In this document: piece by piece, positions 38,862 to 52,364 of the stretch
Numbering within the stretch: the stretch's first letter is position 1
How the letters are laid out: every line of letters begins with the position of its first letter
DNA from: Squalus acanthias
Lineage: Eukaryota
Length of the DNA: 64,000 nucleotides
Direction: 5' to 3'
NCBI GenBank assembly: GCA_030390025.1
Contig: CM059432.1
Span: 60,390,001-60,454,000, forward strand
Position numbers and translations under genes: made by a program
The notes under the pieces: model-generated
What the model was told of the DNA's origin: nothing
Database searches by the model: none
The model's input: the letters and a program-made list of their open reading frames with translations, nothing else

Positions 38862-41800
38862 GGGCTACAAATTCGGTATCGCCCCGGATAGGGCGCTAAA
38901 TTTTAAAAAGTTGGAGGATTAGCGCCAGGAGCTAATCCTTCTGACTTCCCGTTAAATTGATTGTTAGCGCTCCAAGAAAGAACGGGAGCGCTAAATCAAG
39001 TGCGAATCACCTTAGGGCGCTATACAGAGAGCGCGGGACGCTACCCACTGAGCGAGAACCAATTTCAGGTGCACTCCAATCAAGACTCATCATAGAAGCA
39101 TAGAAGATAGGAGCAGGAGTAGGCCATTCGGCCCCTCGAGCCTGCTCCGCCATTTAATGAGATCATGGCTGATCATCCAAAATCAGTACCCTGTCCCTGC
39201 TTTCTCCCCATATCCCTTGATCCCTTTAGCCTTAAGAAATATATCTATCTCCTTCTTGAATATATTTAATGAATTGGCCTCAACTGCCTTCTGTGGTAGA
39301 GAATTCCACAGGTTCACAACTCTCTGGGTGAAGAAATTCCTCCTCATCTCAGTCCTAAATGGCTTACCCCTTATCCTTAGACTGTGACCTCTGGTTCTGG
39401 ACTCCCCCGCCATCGGGAACATCCTTCCTACATCTAGTCTGTCTAGTCCTGTTAGAATTTTATAAGTTTCAATGAGATCCTCTCTCATTCTTCTAAACTC
39501 TAGCGAATATAAGCCTAATCGACCCAATCTCTCTTCATACGTCATTCCTGCCATCCCAGGTATCAGTCAGGTAAATCTTCGCTGCACTCCCTCCATGGCA
39601 AGAACATCCTTCCTCATATAAGGCGACCAAAACTGCACACAATACTCAAGGTGTGGTCTCACCAAGGCCTTGTACAACTGCAGCAAGACATCCTTGCTCC
39701 TGTACTCGAATCCTCTCGTTATGAAGGCCAACATACCATTTGCCTTCTTAACCACCTGCTGCACCTGCATGCTTACCTTCAGCGACTGGTGCACAAGAAC
39801 TCCCAGATCTCGTTGCACTTCCCTTTTTCCCAATCTATTGCCGTTCAGATAATAATCTGTCTTCCTGTTTTTGCCACCAAAGTGGATAACCTCGCATTTA
39901 TCCACATTATACTGCATCTGCCCAATCACCCAACCTGTCCAAATCATACTGGAGTTTCTCTCTGCATCCTCCTCACAGCACACACGCCAACCCAGCTTTG
40001 TGTCATCTGCAAACTTAGAGATATTACATCTAGTTCCCTCGTCTAGATCATTAATATATATTGTGAATAGCTGGGGTCCTAGCACCGATCCCTGCGGTAC
40101 CCCACTAGTCACTGCCTGCCACTCGGAAAAAGACCCGTTTATTCCAACTCTTTGCTTCCTGTCTGCCAACCAGTTCTCTATCCAAATCAGTACCTTCCCC
40201 CAATCCCATGTGCTTTAACTTTGCACGCTAATCTCTTATGCGGGACCTTATCGAAAGCCTTCTGAAAGTCCAAATATACCACATCCACTGGTTCTCCCTT
40301 ATCTATTCTACCAGTTACATCCTCAAAAAATTCCAGTAGATTAGTCAGGCATGATTTACCTTTTGTAAATCCATGTTGACTTTGTTCGATCCTGTCACTG
40401 TTTTCCAAGTGCTCTGCTATTACATCTTTTATAATGGACTCTAGCATTTTTCCCACTACCGATGTCAGGCTTACCGGTCTATAAATCCCCGCTTTTTCTC
40501 TACCACCTTTTTTAAATAGTGGGGTTACATTAGCTACCCTCCAATCCATGGGAACTGTTCCAGAGTCTATAGAATTTCAAAAGATGACCAGCAATGCATC
40601 TACTATTTCTAGGGCAACTTCCTTAAGTACCCTAGGATGTAGATTATCAGGCCCTGGGGATTTATCGGCCTTCAATCCCGTCAATTTCCCTAACACCATT
40701 TCCCTACAAATACTGATTTAATTCAATTCCTCCCTCTCATTAGACCCTATGTTCCCCGACAGCTCTGGGAGTTTATTTGTGTCCTCCTTTGTGAAGACAG
40801 AACCAAAGTATGTATTTAATTGGTCTGCCATTTCTTTGTTCCCCATTATAAATTCCCCTGATTCTGACTGCAAGGGACCTACGCTTGACTTCACCAATCT
40901 TTTTCTCCTCACATATCTATAGACGCTTTTACAGTCAGTTTTTATGTTCCCTGAAAGCTTACTCTCATATTCTATTTCCCCCCTCTTAATTAAGCCCTTT
41001 GTCCTCCTTTGCTGAATCCTAAACTGCTCCCAATCCTCAGGTTTGCTGCTTTTTCTGGCCAATTTATATGTCCTCTCCTTGGATCTTATGCTAATCCCAA
41101 TTTCCCTTGTTAGCCACGGTTGAGTCACCTTTTTTGTTTTATTTTTATCCCAAACAGGGATGAACAAATTCTGTAGTTCATCCATGCGATCTTTAAATGT
41201 TTGCCATTGCCTATCCACCATCAACCCTTTAAGTAACGTTCCCCAATCCATCCTAGCCAACTCGCGCCTCATACCATCGTAGTTTCCTTTATTTAAATTC
41301 AGGACTCTCGTCTCTGAGTCAACTGCTTCACTCTCCATCTTAATGAAGAATTCTATCATATTATGATTGCTCCTCCCCAAGGGGCTTCGCACAACAAGAT
41401 TGCTAATTAATCCTTTCTCATTACATAATACCCAGTCTAAGATGGCCTAATCTCTAGTTGGTTCCTCGACATATTGGTCCAGAAAACCATCCCGTATACA
41501 CTCTAGGAATTCCTCCTCCACAGTATTGTTACTAATTTGGTCAGCCCAATCTATATGTAGATTAAAGTTACCCATGATAACTGCTGTGCCCTTATTGCAC
41601 GCATCTCTAATTTCCCGTTTAATGCCACCCCCAACCTCAGCATTACTGTTTGGGGGTCTGTATACAACTCCCACTAACGTTTTCTGCCGCATGGTATTTC
41701 TCAGCTCTACCCATACAGATTCCACATCATCAGAGCTAATATCCTTCCTTACTATTGTGTTAATCTCCTCTTTAACCAGCAATGCTACCCCACCTCCTTT

Positions 41801-43968
41801 TCCTTTTTGTCTGTCCTTCCTGAATATTGAATACCCCTGGATGTTGAATTCCCAGCCTTGGTCACCCTGGAGCCATGTCTCCGTAATCCCAATTATATCA
41901 TATCCGTTTAAATCTATTTGCGCAGCTAATTCATCCACCTTATTATGAATGCTTCTCGCATTAAGACACAACGCCTTCAGGCTTGTTTTTTTAACACTCT
42001 TAGTCCTTTTAGAATTATTATTTAGTGTAGCCCTGTTTGATTTACACCCTTGATTTCTCTGCCTTCCACTTTTGCTTTTCTCCTTCCTGTCTTTTGCTTC
42101 TATCCTTGCTTCCCTTTCCTCTGTTTCCCTGCACAGGTTCCCAACCCCCTGCCATTTTAGTTTAAACCCTCCCCAACAGCACTATCAAACACTCCCCCTA
42201 GGACATCGGTCCCGGTCCTGCCCAGGTGCAAACCGTCCAGTTTGTACTGGTCCCACCTCCCCCAGAACCAGTTCCAATGTCCCAGGAATTTGAATCCCTC
42301 CCCCTTGCACCATTCCTCTAGCCAGGTATTCATCTGAAATATCCTTCTATTTCTACTCTGACTAGCACGTGGCACCGGTAGCAATCCTGAGATTACTACC
42401 TTTGAGGTCCTATTTTTTAATTTACCTCCTAACTCCCTATATTCAGCTTTTAGGACCCAGACCTCATGCCACGTGTCATGGGCGATGTGGCAGCTTCCAT
42501 TGCAGCACAGGCGGAAGTGACGCAACGTCTTAGTGCTGTAATGCAGTCAATGGTTGCTGCAATCGAGTCTCAGACTGCTCTCATGCAGTCTCAGCTTGAT
42601 GCTACGCAAGTTCTGACTGCTACCATCATCGCTGGGTCCACCACAGTCTACCGGGGATCTCACGGTGTCACAGCAGGCCAGCAATCTGTGCTCCAGCAGA
42701 TTGGTAGGGATGCTGAGGTGCTGCCCCAGGGAGTGGCAGTGTGTCAGTGGAGCAGGAACTTGCTGTCCTCTCTCAGGATGACAGCATTCCTGCTCCCACC
42801 ACTGCCACTCCGCCATTGCCCTTGTCGCTGCCTGTCATCCAGCCAGGCCGGACTGCCGCCGCCCAGCCTGAGGTGGTACAGTGTACAGCCGGGCCTTCCA
42901 GGCCCAGAGCTGGTCAAGGGTGTCCTGCAAGGCCATCTGTAGTCTCTGGCAACGACACTCAGCAGCCTTCCACCAGCTGTGCTGCAGCCACTGGGGACAG
43001 ACGACATAGGAGTAGTAGATTAGGAAAAGGCGCTGTAAAGAGGGCAAGTAAGGGTTTGCACAAGGGTGATTAGTTAATATTGTTGTTGTATATATGTGTT
43101 TACTGAATGTTGATAAATTTATTGATTGAATTTTGCAGAATTTGTGCTGTCTCTCATTTCAGCTTTGTGCTGTGATATGGCATGCGAAATGGATGGAATG
43201 AATGGGGATGTGGTGAGAAACCGGATGTGGGGTAGAATTTATTGGAACCGCAGTCTGATGAGGCGGTCACAGACCGCCCTTCCAGAAGGCCGATTGAGTG
43301 GCTGCCTCCTTCCTCGCAGCTGTTCCTCCTCCTCCTCGTTCTCCTCCTCTCCCTCTTCCTCCTCCTGAGGTGGTCCCGCTATACCTGGTGGCAATGGCTG
43401 TGCCCTCATGATGGCCAAGTTGTGCAGCATGCAGCACACCACGACGAAAAGGGACAACCGCTCAACTGAGTACTGGTGGGCTCCTCCCAAGAGGTCAAGG
43501 CAGCGGAACCGTTGCTTGAGCACTCCGATGGTCTGCTCGATGATGTTCCTGGTGGCGGGATGGCTCTCATTATATGAGTGCTGGGGAGGAGTGTTGGGGT
43601 TGAGGAGGGGCGTCATGAGCCAGGTGGAGATCGGATAGCCCTTGTCTCCGACCAGCCAGCCGCAAACTTGATGTGGTGGCACACCAGTCTGGCGCAGGAT
43701 GAAGGCATCGTGGCTGCTGCCAGGATAGCAGGCATTGACAGTGAGGATTCACTGTCTGTGGTTGCACACCAACTGGACATTAAGTGAGTGGTAGCCTTTG
43801 CAGTTACGGAAGACCTCAGGAATGTTACGGGGTGCCCGCAAAGCCATGAGGGTGCAGTCAATGCCGCCCTGCACCATGGGGAAGCCCACTATCCTGGCAA
43901 AGCCACATGCATGCTCGTCCTGCTTCTCTCTGATGATGGGAAAGGAAATGTAGTCCCTTCTGGGCCAG
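38862..43968. mobile_element. Harbinger (G/H family, transposase-bearing), interrupted by CR1 and truncated
   Basis: GGGCTACAAATT end; Myb exon 3 at 42453-43073(+); transposase 43239-43968(-) with GGIDCT, GDKGY, IIEQTIGVLKQRFRCLD; linkage across the CR1 is inferred. Confidence 0.78.
39088..42452 (-). mobile_element. CR1 with ORF1 3' end and whole degenerate ORF2
   Basis: ORFs 42157-42525 (DGLHL), 41447-41971 (EN), 40718-41392, 40187-40549, 39567-40169, 39183-39554; same subfamily as 5903 and 62881. Confidence 0.95.
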
Positions 43969-44179
43969 ATCCCTTTTAAACTCACTGAAGTTAGCCCACT
44001 TCCAGCTGAATATTTTCACATTTGATTTTCCATAACTGCTCTAAACCTGATGATATTGTGATCACTGTTTCCCAAATGCTCTCCAATTCATACATGCTCC
44101 ACTTGTCCCATTTCATTCCCCAGAACTAGATCTCGCACTGCTTCCTTCTTTGTTGGACTGGAAACATCAAGAAAGTTCA

Positions 44180-44578
44180 GGAACGTGACGTTGTGTTTTC
44201 GGATGATGTCACCGAGGGGCAGCATGCAGATGAGAAATAGGAGGGGCCAAGGAAAGATCCTTGGGGGGCTCCAGAGTAATGGTGCGGGAGTGGGAAGAGA
44301 AGCCATTGCAGGTGATTCTCTGGCTACGGCTGGATAGATAAGAATGGAACCAGGCGAGTGCAGTCCACCCAGCTGGACGATGGAGGAGAGGCATTGGAGG
44401 AGGATGGTGTGGTCAACCATGTCAAAGGCTGCAGACAGGTCGAGAAGGATGAGGAGGGCTAGTTTACCATGGTCACAGTCACATAGGATGTCATTTGTGA
44501 CTTTGATGAGGGCCATTTCTGTACTGTGGCAGAGGCGGAAATCTGATTGGAGGGATTCAAACCTGGAGTTCTGAGAAA
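44180..44578 (-). mobile_element. L2 LINE RT fragment (CR1 EN fragment adjacent at 43980-44170)
   Basis: QSDFRLCHSTEMALIKVTNDIL...LLILLDLSAAFDMVDH. Confidence 0.85.
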
Positions 44579-44849
44579 AATAAGCACTAGTTAGCCTCCC
44601 TGCAATGACAGTCACTGAGAACTCCTCTGAATAAAGGTCAGTGTGATGATCTCTTGCATATGCTTCTGCCTCTGAAGCAGTTAGGGTTACCTCCCCACCA
44701 AATCCAAGCCTTTTTCTATGGAGGAGGCACAGCAGCTACAACTACGCATGACACACGAGCATACTGCAAAGTTCCTCGACTTGTCTAGGCAGGAAAGCAT
44801 CCCTTTAAGATGCCAATGGTCCTTTTATTGATCACTCTTGTAGAGGTAT

Positions 44850-45520
44850 GTGCCACGTGGTAGCACTCCTGTGCTGCTGTTTGAGCCACTCAGTGGGATC
44901 ATTCTTCATGAGAGCGAGGTGGGGGGATAGACTTTGCCACCCACAATCCATCCATTGACATGCATTTTATTCCCTGAAATGGTCAGGGAGCACTTAACTT
45001 CGAGGAATGTCTACATCTTGACATTTCCGGCGTGCCTGATGTTGATGTAGGATTTTTTGCAGTAAAAGCCTTTTCTGTTATAGCAAAGCAACAGGGGTGC
45101 CATCAATTACACCATGAACCTTGGGAAAGCCAACAACCGAGTAAAACTGGATGACTCTATCTCGCTGCTGCCTTGCTATGATGCCAAATGTGAATTCTCC
45201 AGCTCTCCTATAAACTGCAGTCACCTGACAGATGCATGACCATACTGCACCCTTGCTCATATTACAGAGATACCCCCATACCTGCTTCAAATGAGCCTAT
45301 GCGATAAAAGTTGAGTACATCATCACCTTTTATCGCACAGTGTTCCCCTATTTCCTATTTGGTGAAACACACTCTTCTTGTACACATCTCCTCACTAAAG
45401 TCCTCATATAACCTCTGTTGTCTATATATTCTACTGGAGAAGGCGGTAAAATCTGGTTGGTCTATTCTCCTTAAATGCTGCCTTATTCTCCTTTGCTCCT
45501 CCTGCATAATATTGGCATGC
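44850..45520 (-). pseudogene. Old Harbinger transposase remnant
   Basis: RIYRQQRLYEDFSEEMCTRRVCFTK; VGFPKVHGVIDGTPVAL. Confidence 0.75.
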
Positions 45521-45605
45521 TGATAGGAAATGCCACACTTTCTCCTGAAAAGTCGGGGTGGGGAGGAAAGCGGGCAGTAGACTGACCTGTTCTGTGTTTC
45601 TAGTA

Positions 45606-46030
45606 CAGGAAACTTTCGTTTATCCGGCATCGACGGGACCGGCGTGGTGCCGGTTTATCGAAAGTACCGGATAACGGAGAGTTATATCTACCGAGGCTAT
45701 TTTTAACAAAGAGACTCCAGGCAGCACGGGAGAATCAACTCCTGCTACTGCAGTGTTTCGGACTTCCGACAGCGCCAGGAGGCCGAGTAGTGACACTTTT
45801 GAAAAGTACCCCTACTGACTAAATCGGCGTTCGCGGACTTGGACTCGGACTCGGGATCGGCAACATTGCCGGTTATTTGAGAGGAGTTTTCGGAGCACTC
45901 GGCGTTCGCGGAGACTCGACTGCGACTCGGCAACATTGCCGGTTATTTGAGAGGAGTTTTCAGAGGATGATTTTTGCCGGTTAAGCGAGAATTCCGGATA
46001 TTTGGGTGCCGGATAAACGAAAGTTTCCTG
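45606..46030. mobile_element. Tc1/mariner (Tigger/pogo-like) MITE
   Basis: Perfect 24-bp TIR CAGGAAACTTTCGTTTATCCGGCA; TA TSD; CpG-rich; internal duplication. Confidence 0.92.
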
Positions 46031-46730
46031 TATTTACAGTTGTTGTTTCACATTTCCAGCATCTCCAGTTTTTTGCTTTTAGGTTCTAATTATAATCTGG
46101 CACCAGCTGACAACTTCCGTTTAATACTATAATTCTTTGGTACTGACACTTTTCTGCATGCAGTGGGCATTATCATTACTGCTTACTACAATTGCTTTGT
46201 CAGCTCTCTTTAGAGCAAGCTCATTAACTGTAAACTTGTTACTGTGCCATATATATCTTTGTATGGGATCTAACAAGGTCCAACATTGAGAAGCAATCAA
46301 GTCTTCTCTTATCCATTTGTTCATCCTCGTCCCCTTTCCTCCAACCACCCTTAATCTTATGCAGAATCATTGTCATTAAAGGAAACATTGGGAAAGAATA
46401 TAAAAAATTCCTACTTCAGGAGATTGATTGCATTCCACCTTTTACTCTGGCTCTTGTAGCAAAATCTCTGTAACCTGAAATCTTCCCTATATCATTAGCA
46501 AGCTGATTTAAGATGGAGACCTCCTTTTTGAGGACAGATCTTGTCCACACTGAGGGAGCTTAAGTGAAGGTGAAAGGGTAGAAGAGATTCCAAAAGGATA
46601 GGATGGGTCACAAAAGAGGAGGTATTGCTTTATTGGTAAAAGATTCTATATTTCCAATAGAGAAGGAGGATACTGGTCAGCAGAATGGAGTTGATCCTTG
46701 ACACCTGGTACAGGCCTCCAGGGCTACAGG

Positions 46731-46851
46731 TATAATGGAAACTGCCCATGTAAACATGTCACACTGTAATTACACCCTCCTGCTAGTGGTGGTACTTCAG
46801 CACCTCCACTAGAGATAGTGTATTAAGTTTACATAGGCAGTTTCCATTATA
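46731..46851. repeat. 121-bp hairpin element
   Basis: 25-bp arms with one mismatch plus inner CTAGTGGTGGT/ACCTCCACTAG stem. Confidence 0.85.
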
Positions 46852-46861
46852 AATAATGAAA

Positions 46862-46961
46862 TAAAAAGTTATTATTCATTGTCGGGATGTGGCCATCGCT
46901 GGCATTTATTTCCCATCCCTAGTTGCCCTGAGAAGGTGGTGCTGTGCCTTTTTCTTGAAGC
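46862..46961 (-). mobile_element. 3' tip of the tRNA-headed LINE family
   Basis: Reverse complement matches 37400-37495 (caccaccttctc.agggcaa.tagggatggg.aataaatgc). Confidence 0.75.
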
Positions 46962-47009
46962 AGTTTGATTTTAGTCATATATTCTGTCCTATTTTTTACA
47001 TAATACTTT

Positions 47010-48491
47010 GGGCTAGAAATTCATTATAGCACAGGAACGGGCGGAATCTTTAGAAAAATTTGAGAATTAGCGCCAGGCGCTAATGCTTTAGACTGCATGC
47101 AAAATTCATTCTCACTGCTCAAAGAAATGATTGAGGCGCTGAATCAAGTCTTAAAGTCTTTGGTGTTACACTCAAAGGATGGACCAATATCGGGTGCAGT
47201 CTAATCTCAACTCATCATTGCCACAGGCTTTTCCCAGTACTTAAAGGGGAGGTTCATTGATACTGCAGCACCTCATTCTCAGCATTGTTGGCTGTGCAGC
47301 TGCCTCAGCAAGGAGAAGCACAACAAGGAGAAGGAGCCGGAGGACTAAAGCAGGTGTGCTCATGGCAGATCCACCTCAGTCGGGTGGTCAGGGTGATTGA
47401 ATGCTTCAGCAAATGCTACATACCACCATCTGTACCACAAGCTTCACACACTACCCAAAGCACCAGTCCCCCAGCACTCACCCACCAACAATCTCTACCT
47501 ACCAACACTCACATGCACATCTCACGCCTTGCACACAATGACAGCGATTCAACTATGGCAGGCACAAGGGTCATTAGTTATTAGAATGAATGTGATATGT
47601 TTATGCATAAATTTATTAATGGAGTTTGCAATATTTTGTGGTCTCTCTCATTTCATCTTTGCACCCAGGAGGACACTGATATAGCATGACACAGGGATGG
47701 TATGATGGGCATGTGGTGAGCAAAAGGGATGTGTGGTTTAAGTCATCCTGCTGTGAGGCTGGAGGTCTGTTTGGAAGAGGTGGCAGAGTTCTGTGACCAC
47801 CACCTTGGTGATGCTGAGCCGTCTAATACACTGCTCCTCGCTTCATTGAAGGTAGAGGTGCTGTCGGAATACCCTCAGAGGGTAAGGCCTCCTGGTGAGA
47901 GCTCTGATGTCACTCCTCATCACTCTGGGCACATGTTCCCGTATTTCTGGCTGCCTATGCTCCCTCCGCCGTAGATCCTGGAGGGTGAGATGGCGCCAGT
48001 ACAGCCCCCATTAATGTTGGCAAGTGTAGCAGTTTGAATCTTTGAACAATAAGTGTAGCCACTTTGCACTTGCCAGAAGACTGCTGATAAAAAAGAACCT
48101 TGAAATTACTCATACAAATTGCTCCACTGGCTGAAACTGACCAGAAGCCACTGAAACTAACCTGCCCCGACAGATGCGAGTGATTAATGCTGATGCCTTT
48201 AAATAACGTCGCTGGAGCCGGCTTCGGTCAGCTGTGCGCCTGCTCTCTCTGTCGGTGTCTGGTCGAGGCACAAAGGTAAATGGCGAGAATGAATTTTGCA
48301 GATTTGGCACCCGGTGAGCATTGCACACTCACTGACAACACGATCTGCCTGGCGTTGAAGTTCCCGACGGTACCTCATACTGGCGGCGCAACGGGGGAGG
48401 CCGGATTTGCTGTGTGACACTGGATTCACCTTGCCCTGGTGCTACTGCATCAGCGCCCCATTAGCACCTGAACCGACCGAATTTTTCCCCC
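47010..48491. mobile_element. Non-autonomous Harbinger (copy G), doubly deleted
   Basis: GGGCTAGAAATT/AATTTTTCCCCC, TSD TTT; inverted homolog of 56175-59232. Confidence 0.9.
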
Positions 48492-48672
48492 TTTGAATTT
48501 ATATTATTATTATAGATGTCCCATGCCAGTGATAATGGGAACTTAGATGTTACGTTGCTTGATAAGGACAGGAAGATTTGATGATATAATGGAAAATGTC
48601 TCATTGTAGAGCTATACAGAAATTCTAATAAAATGAAGGTAAACAATTGGAAGTTGGAATAACATGATATAT

Positions 48673-51600
48673 GGGGAAGAAATTGGCTAACACCTGAAAA
48701 CTGGCGTGAGGATCGTAATACGTGATTAACCCACGCCCGTTCATTGCGTTGCAGGCAGCACATTAAATTCATGCTGCCAGCTCTTTTTTAAATGATTGCG
48801 GCATGCAGCCAGCACTCCTCATGCTGTTCATTGGCTGCACACATCAGCAGGGGGCCCGATATCGCAAGCGGCTAGTGCTACTTAAAGGCAGCCTGTACCC
48901 CTTAAAGGGGATGTGCATTCTGGTTGCACGAAGTGGTGGGAGTTTTTTCAAAAGTCAATCTGGGCTGTGATACTTTGAGCAATGGCTGAACATGCAAGAG
49001 AGTGAGCACTGGAAGTCTTGGTGGAAGAGGTGAAAGAAGGAGAGACGCCCTGTAGCCGCAGTGAGGCAGGAAGCCCTCCAGACATATCCTCAGGAGGCAG
49101 TGGGAACAATTAACAGTGGAGGTCAATGCCAGGAGTGTTGCTCCAAGAACATGGATGCCGTACAGGAAGAAGTTTAACGATCTGACACGAGTTGTCAAGC
49201 TGAGCGAGTTCATTTTCAAATGGCATATACTACCAACTGCACTAACAGCCTCATCCACTGCTCAATTCACTACACCCCCATCACCCACCTACCAACAATC
49301 TCTATCAATCAGTGCTCTATTCTAAAATTCATATGCTTTACCTCACCCTCACACACTTGGCACTGTTGCAAGCCTCGCACCCACAACTCACACACACTGG
49401 CAGCTATTCAACCATGACAGCCACATCAGCCAAACATATTTCAGGACACTCACTGACACACTTCCCTCTTTCTTGGAGAAGATGGTGCATAACAACAGGC
49501 AGCAGGTAAGAACTGGAGGAGGACAAGCGTGCCTGCATGTTTTAACTCCCATGGAGGAGACAGTGCTGGCCATCATAGAAAGGGGCATCACTGAGGTCAT
49601 GGCCACTGGCAGGGCTGAAGGGTTTGATGATGAGGGTATCTGCATACCTAATCCTTCTTCTCTCATCCCACTTCTTCCTCATCCCATAGTCTCTTCTGAC
49701 TCACAAGCTGCCGATGGTGTAAGCACATACTTCTTATGTTCTCCTCTCTACTCACCACAACCCAGCACATGTTCCTTTTTCATTTCATATACCCAAGAAC
49801 TGAAACCTTCCCAGTCACTGGAGGAATAGAAAGAAGACAGTGAATATGAAGACACACCATCATTCAGCCTTCTTCTTCTTGCAAGCCTCGCACCCACAAC
49901 TCACACACACTGGCAGCTATTCAACCATGACAGCCGCATCAGCCAAACATATTTCAGGACACTCACTGACACACTTCCCTCTTTCTTGGAGAAGATGGTG
50001 CTTAACTGCAGGCAGCAGGAAAGAACAGGAGGAGGACAAGCGTGCCTGCATGTTTTAACTCCCATGGAGTTCAGCCAGCAGCTCAGAGACTGACAGTGCG
50101 TGTATATTTGAGGCTAGGATAGAGGAGAGATCTGCACGTGGTGAGACACCGGACACAAGTACACAGGAGCCAGGACAGGGGGAAAGGATAGCGCAGATGC
50201 CAGCTCACAGAGGGTGAGGTCACACACTAGTTCTGCTGCAGAGGAGTCAGACGAAGGACTTTGATGGACCAAGCTGCAGAAGAAGGCTGATGGGCGTACA
50301 TAACCAAATGCTTGGTGCACTGGAAAGTCTGCCAGAAAGCCTGCACTCAATATCAAGGAGCATGGAGGAGTCCAGCACCAACTTAGCACAGGGCTTTGTG
50401 TAGACTTTGGAGCCCATCATTTCCAGCATGGAACAGGTGGTCACCTCCATCAGCACACCTGTGGAACCTACCATGATGCAGCGTCTAGTGGCCCATGTCA
50501 GGCTTCCATTGCAGCATAAATCACTTCCATCAAAGGTCTGAGTGCTGCAGTGGAAGCTCAGGCAGCTGCCATCATGGCTCTGGATACCACTGTTCAAACA
50601 GGCTTCCAGGGTATCGCAGCAGTCCATCAATCTGTTCTCCAACAAATCAGTAGGATTACTGAGGTGCTGCCCCGAGAGAGTGGCAGTGGTTCCATGGAGC
50701 ACAAACCTGCTGTCCTCTCTCAGGATGGTAGCATTCCTGCTCGCACCCCTGCTACTCCGCCAGTGCCCTTGCTGTTGCCTGTCAGCCAGCCAGCCCAGAA
50801 TGCTGCAACCCAGGCCGAGATGGTGCTGTCTGAAGTTGACCCTTCTAAGCCCAGAGCTGCTCAAGGATATCCTCCAAGGCCATCTGCAGTCTCCTCAATT
50901 GGAGGTCTGCAGCCTTCCACCACCCATGCTGGGGAAGCACCTCGTAGGAGCACTAGGAGAGGACAAAGACACATGGAAGACAGACCGAAAAGAAATGCAC
51001 AAGAGTGATTAGTTTATTTTTGTAACCATTATGTCGTGATTGAATTGATAAAATTGGATTCAAGTGTGCATTTTCTGGTGGTCTTTATTTTTGCTTTGTC
51101 GGAAAGAGGACGATGTGATGGTCAGTGATAGAGCAAAGGCAAGGAGCGTGGACAGTTGGTGAATGGGGAGGTGTGGTTGAGGTTACTGCTAACGCTCATT
51201 AATTATTTGATCATGTAGAGCCCGGGCAGAAAGGGTCCATCTACGTTGTATCCATCCTTCCTCTTTGTGTTCTTCCACTTCCTGTTGCACTTCCTCCTCC
51301 TCTTCCTCATGCTCCTGCTCCTCAGCTTCTCGCCTGATAGATGGTGGCAAGGTCTGTTCCCTCATAATGGCGAAGTTGTGCAGCATGCTACCACAAATCT
51401 TGTTACCCGCTCAGCTGAGTACTGCAGGGCTCCTCCAGAGCGGTCCAAGCAGCGTAAATGTTGCTTGAGCATGCCGATGGTGTGCTCTATAATGTTCCTT
51501 ATGGTATTATGGCTCTTGTAGGCTGCTGTGCACCTGTGCATGGGTTCCAGGCCGGAGTCATGAGCCATGTCATGAGTAGATAACCCTTGTCGCCCAGTAG

Positions 51601-52315
51601 CCAGCCTTTGACTTGCCGTGCTGGGTCAAATACAGGTGGCACAGAGGACTGCCACAGAATGAAGGAATCGTGACTATTGCCAGGATTATGGGCATTCACC
51701 TGCATGGTGAGCTGCATGTAGTCGCACACCAGCTGCACACTGAAGGTTTGGAATCCCTTTCAGTTCTTGAAAATAGCCAAGTTCACATGAGGCACATGCA
51801 AGGCAATGTGCGTGCAGTCAATGGAACCCTGCACCATGGGGAAATCTGCAATCCGTACAAACCCTCATGCTCACTCTGCCTGCTTGTCTCTGGCAAGAGA
51901 GACAGCAGATGAAGCTGTCCCTGTGCATAGAGAGCCTCAGTGACCTCCCTTATGCAGCAGTATACTGCAAACTGCGAGATGTTGCTTATAGCTCCAGTAG
52001 CAGCTTGGAAGGAGAGACACATAAAAGTAAAGAGCCACAGTCACCTTGACAGCCACAAGCAATGCTGTCCTTGCCCTGATTTGAGGTTGCAGTTGTGGCT
52101 GCAGCAGTTGGCAGATTTCAGTCAAGACCTCTTTAGTGAAGTGAAGATGTCTCGATCATAAGTCCTTGCTGAAGTTCAAGTAGGAGAATTGCTCCTTAAA
52201 GACCCACTGCAGATATGGCCTCCTACTGAGGGCCTTTCTCCTCCTCCTCCTCCCTCTTCTAGCAGCTTGTTGTACTCTGTGTGGCCTCTCTTCATTCTCC
52301 CAGTCATGCTCAATT
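48673..52315. mobile_element. Harbinger family E copy 2: Myb gene (+, ~48982-51008), transposase (-, 51189-~52315), right end lost
   Basis: GGGGAAGAAATTGG end; [41 protein letters not shown]; colinear with 5264-12404. Confidence 0.88.
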
Positions 52316-52364
52316 CACAGACAAAGCCCTACCAGGCCACCCATGTGTGGAAGCAACTTGTTTC

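Noticed and set aside
46127..46348. 73-aa ORF with gtaagc as a possible host exon
   Set aside because: No convincing acceptor and no resemblance to the expected protein
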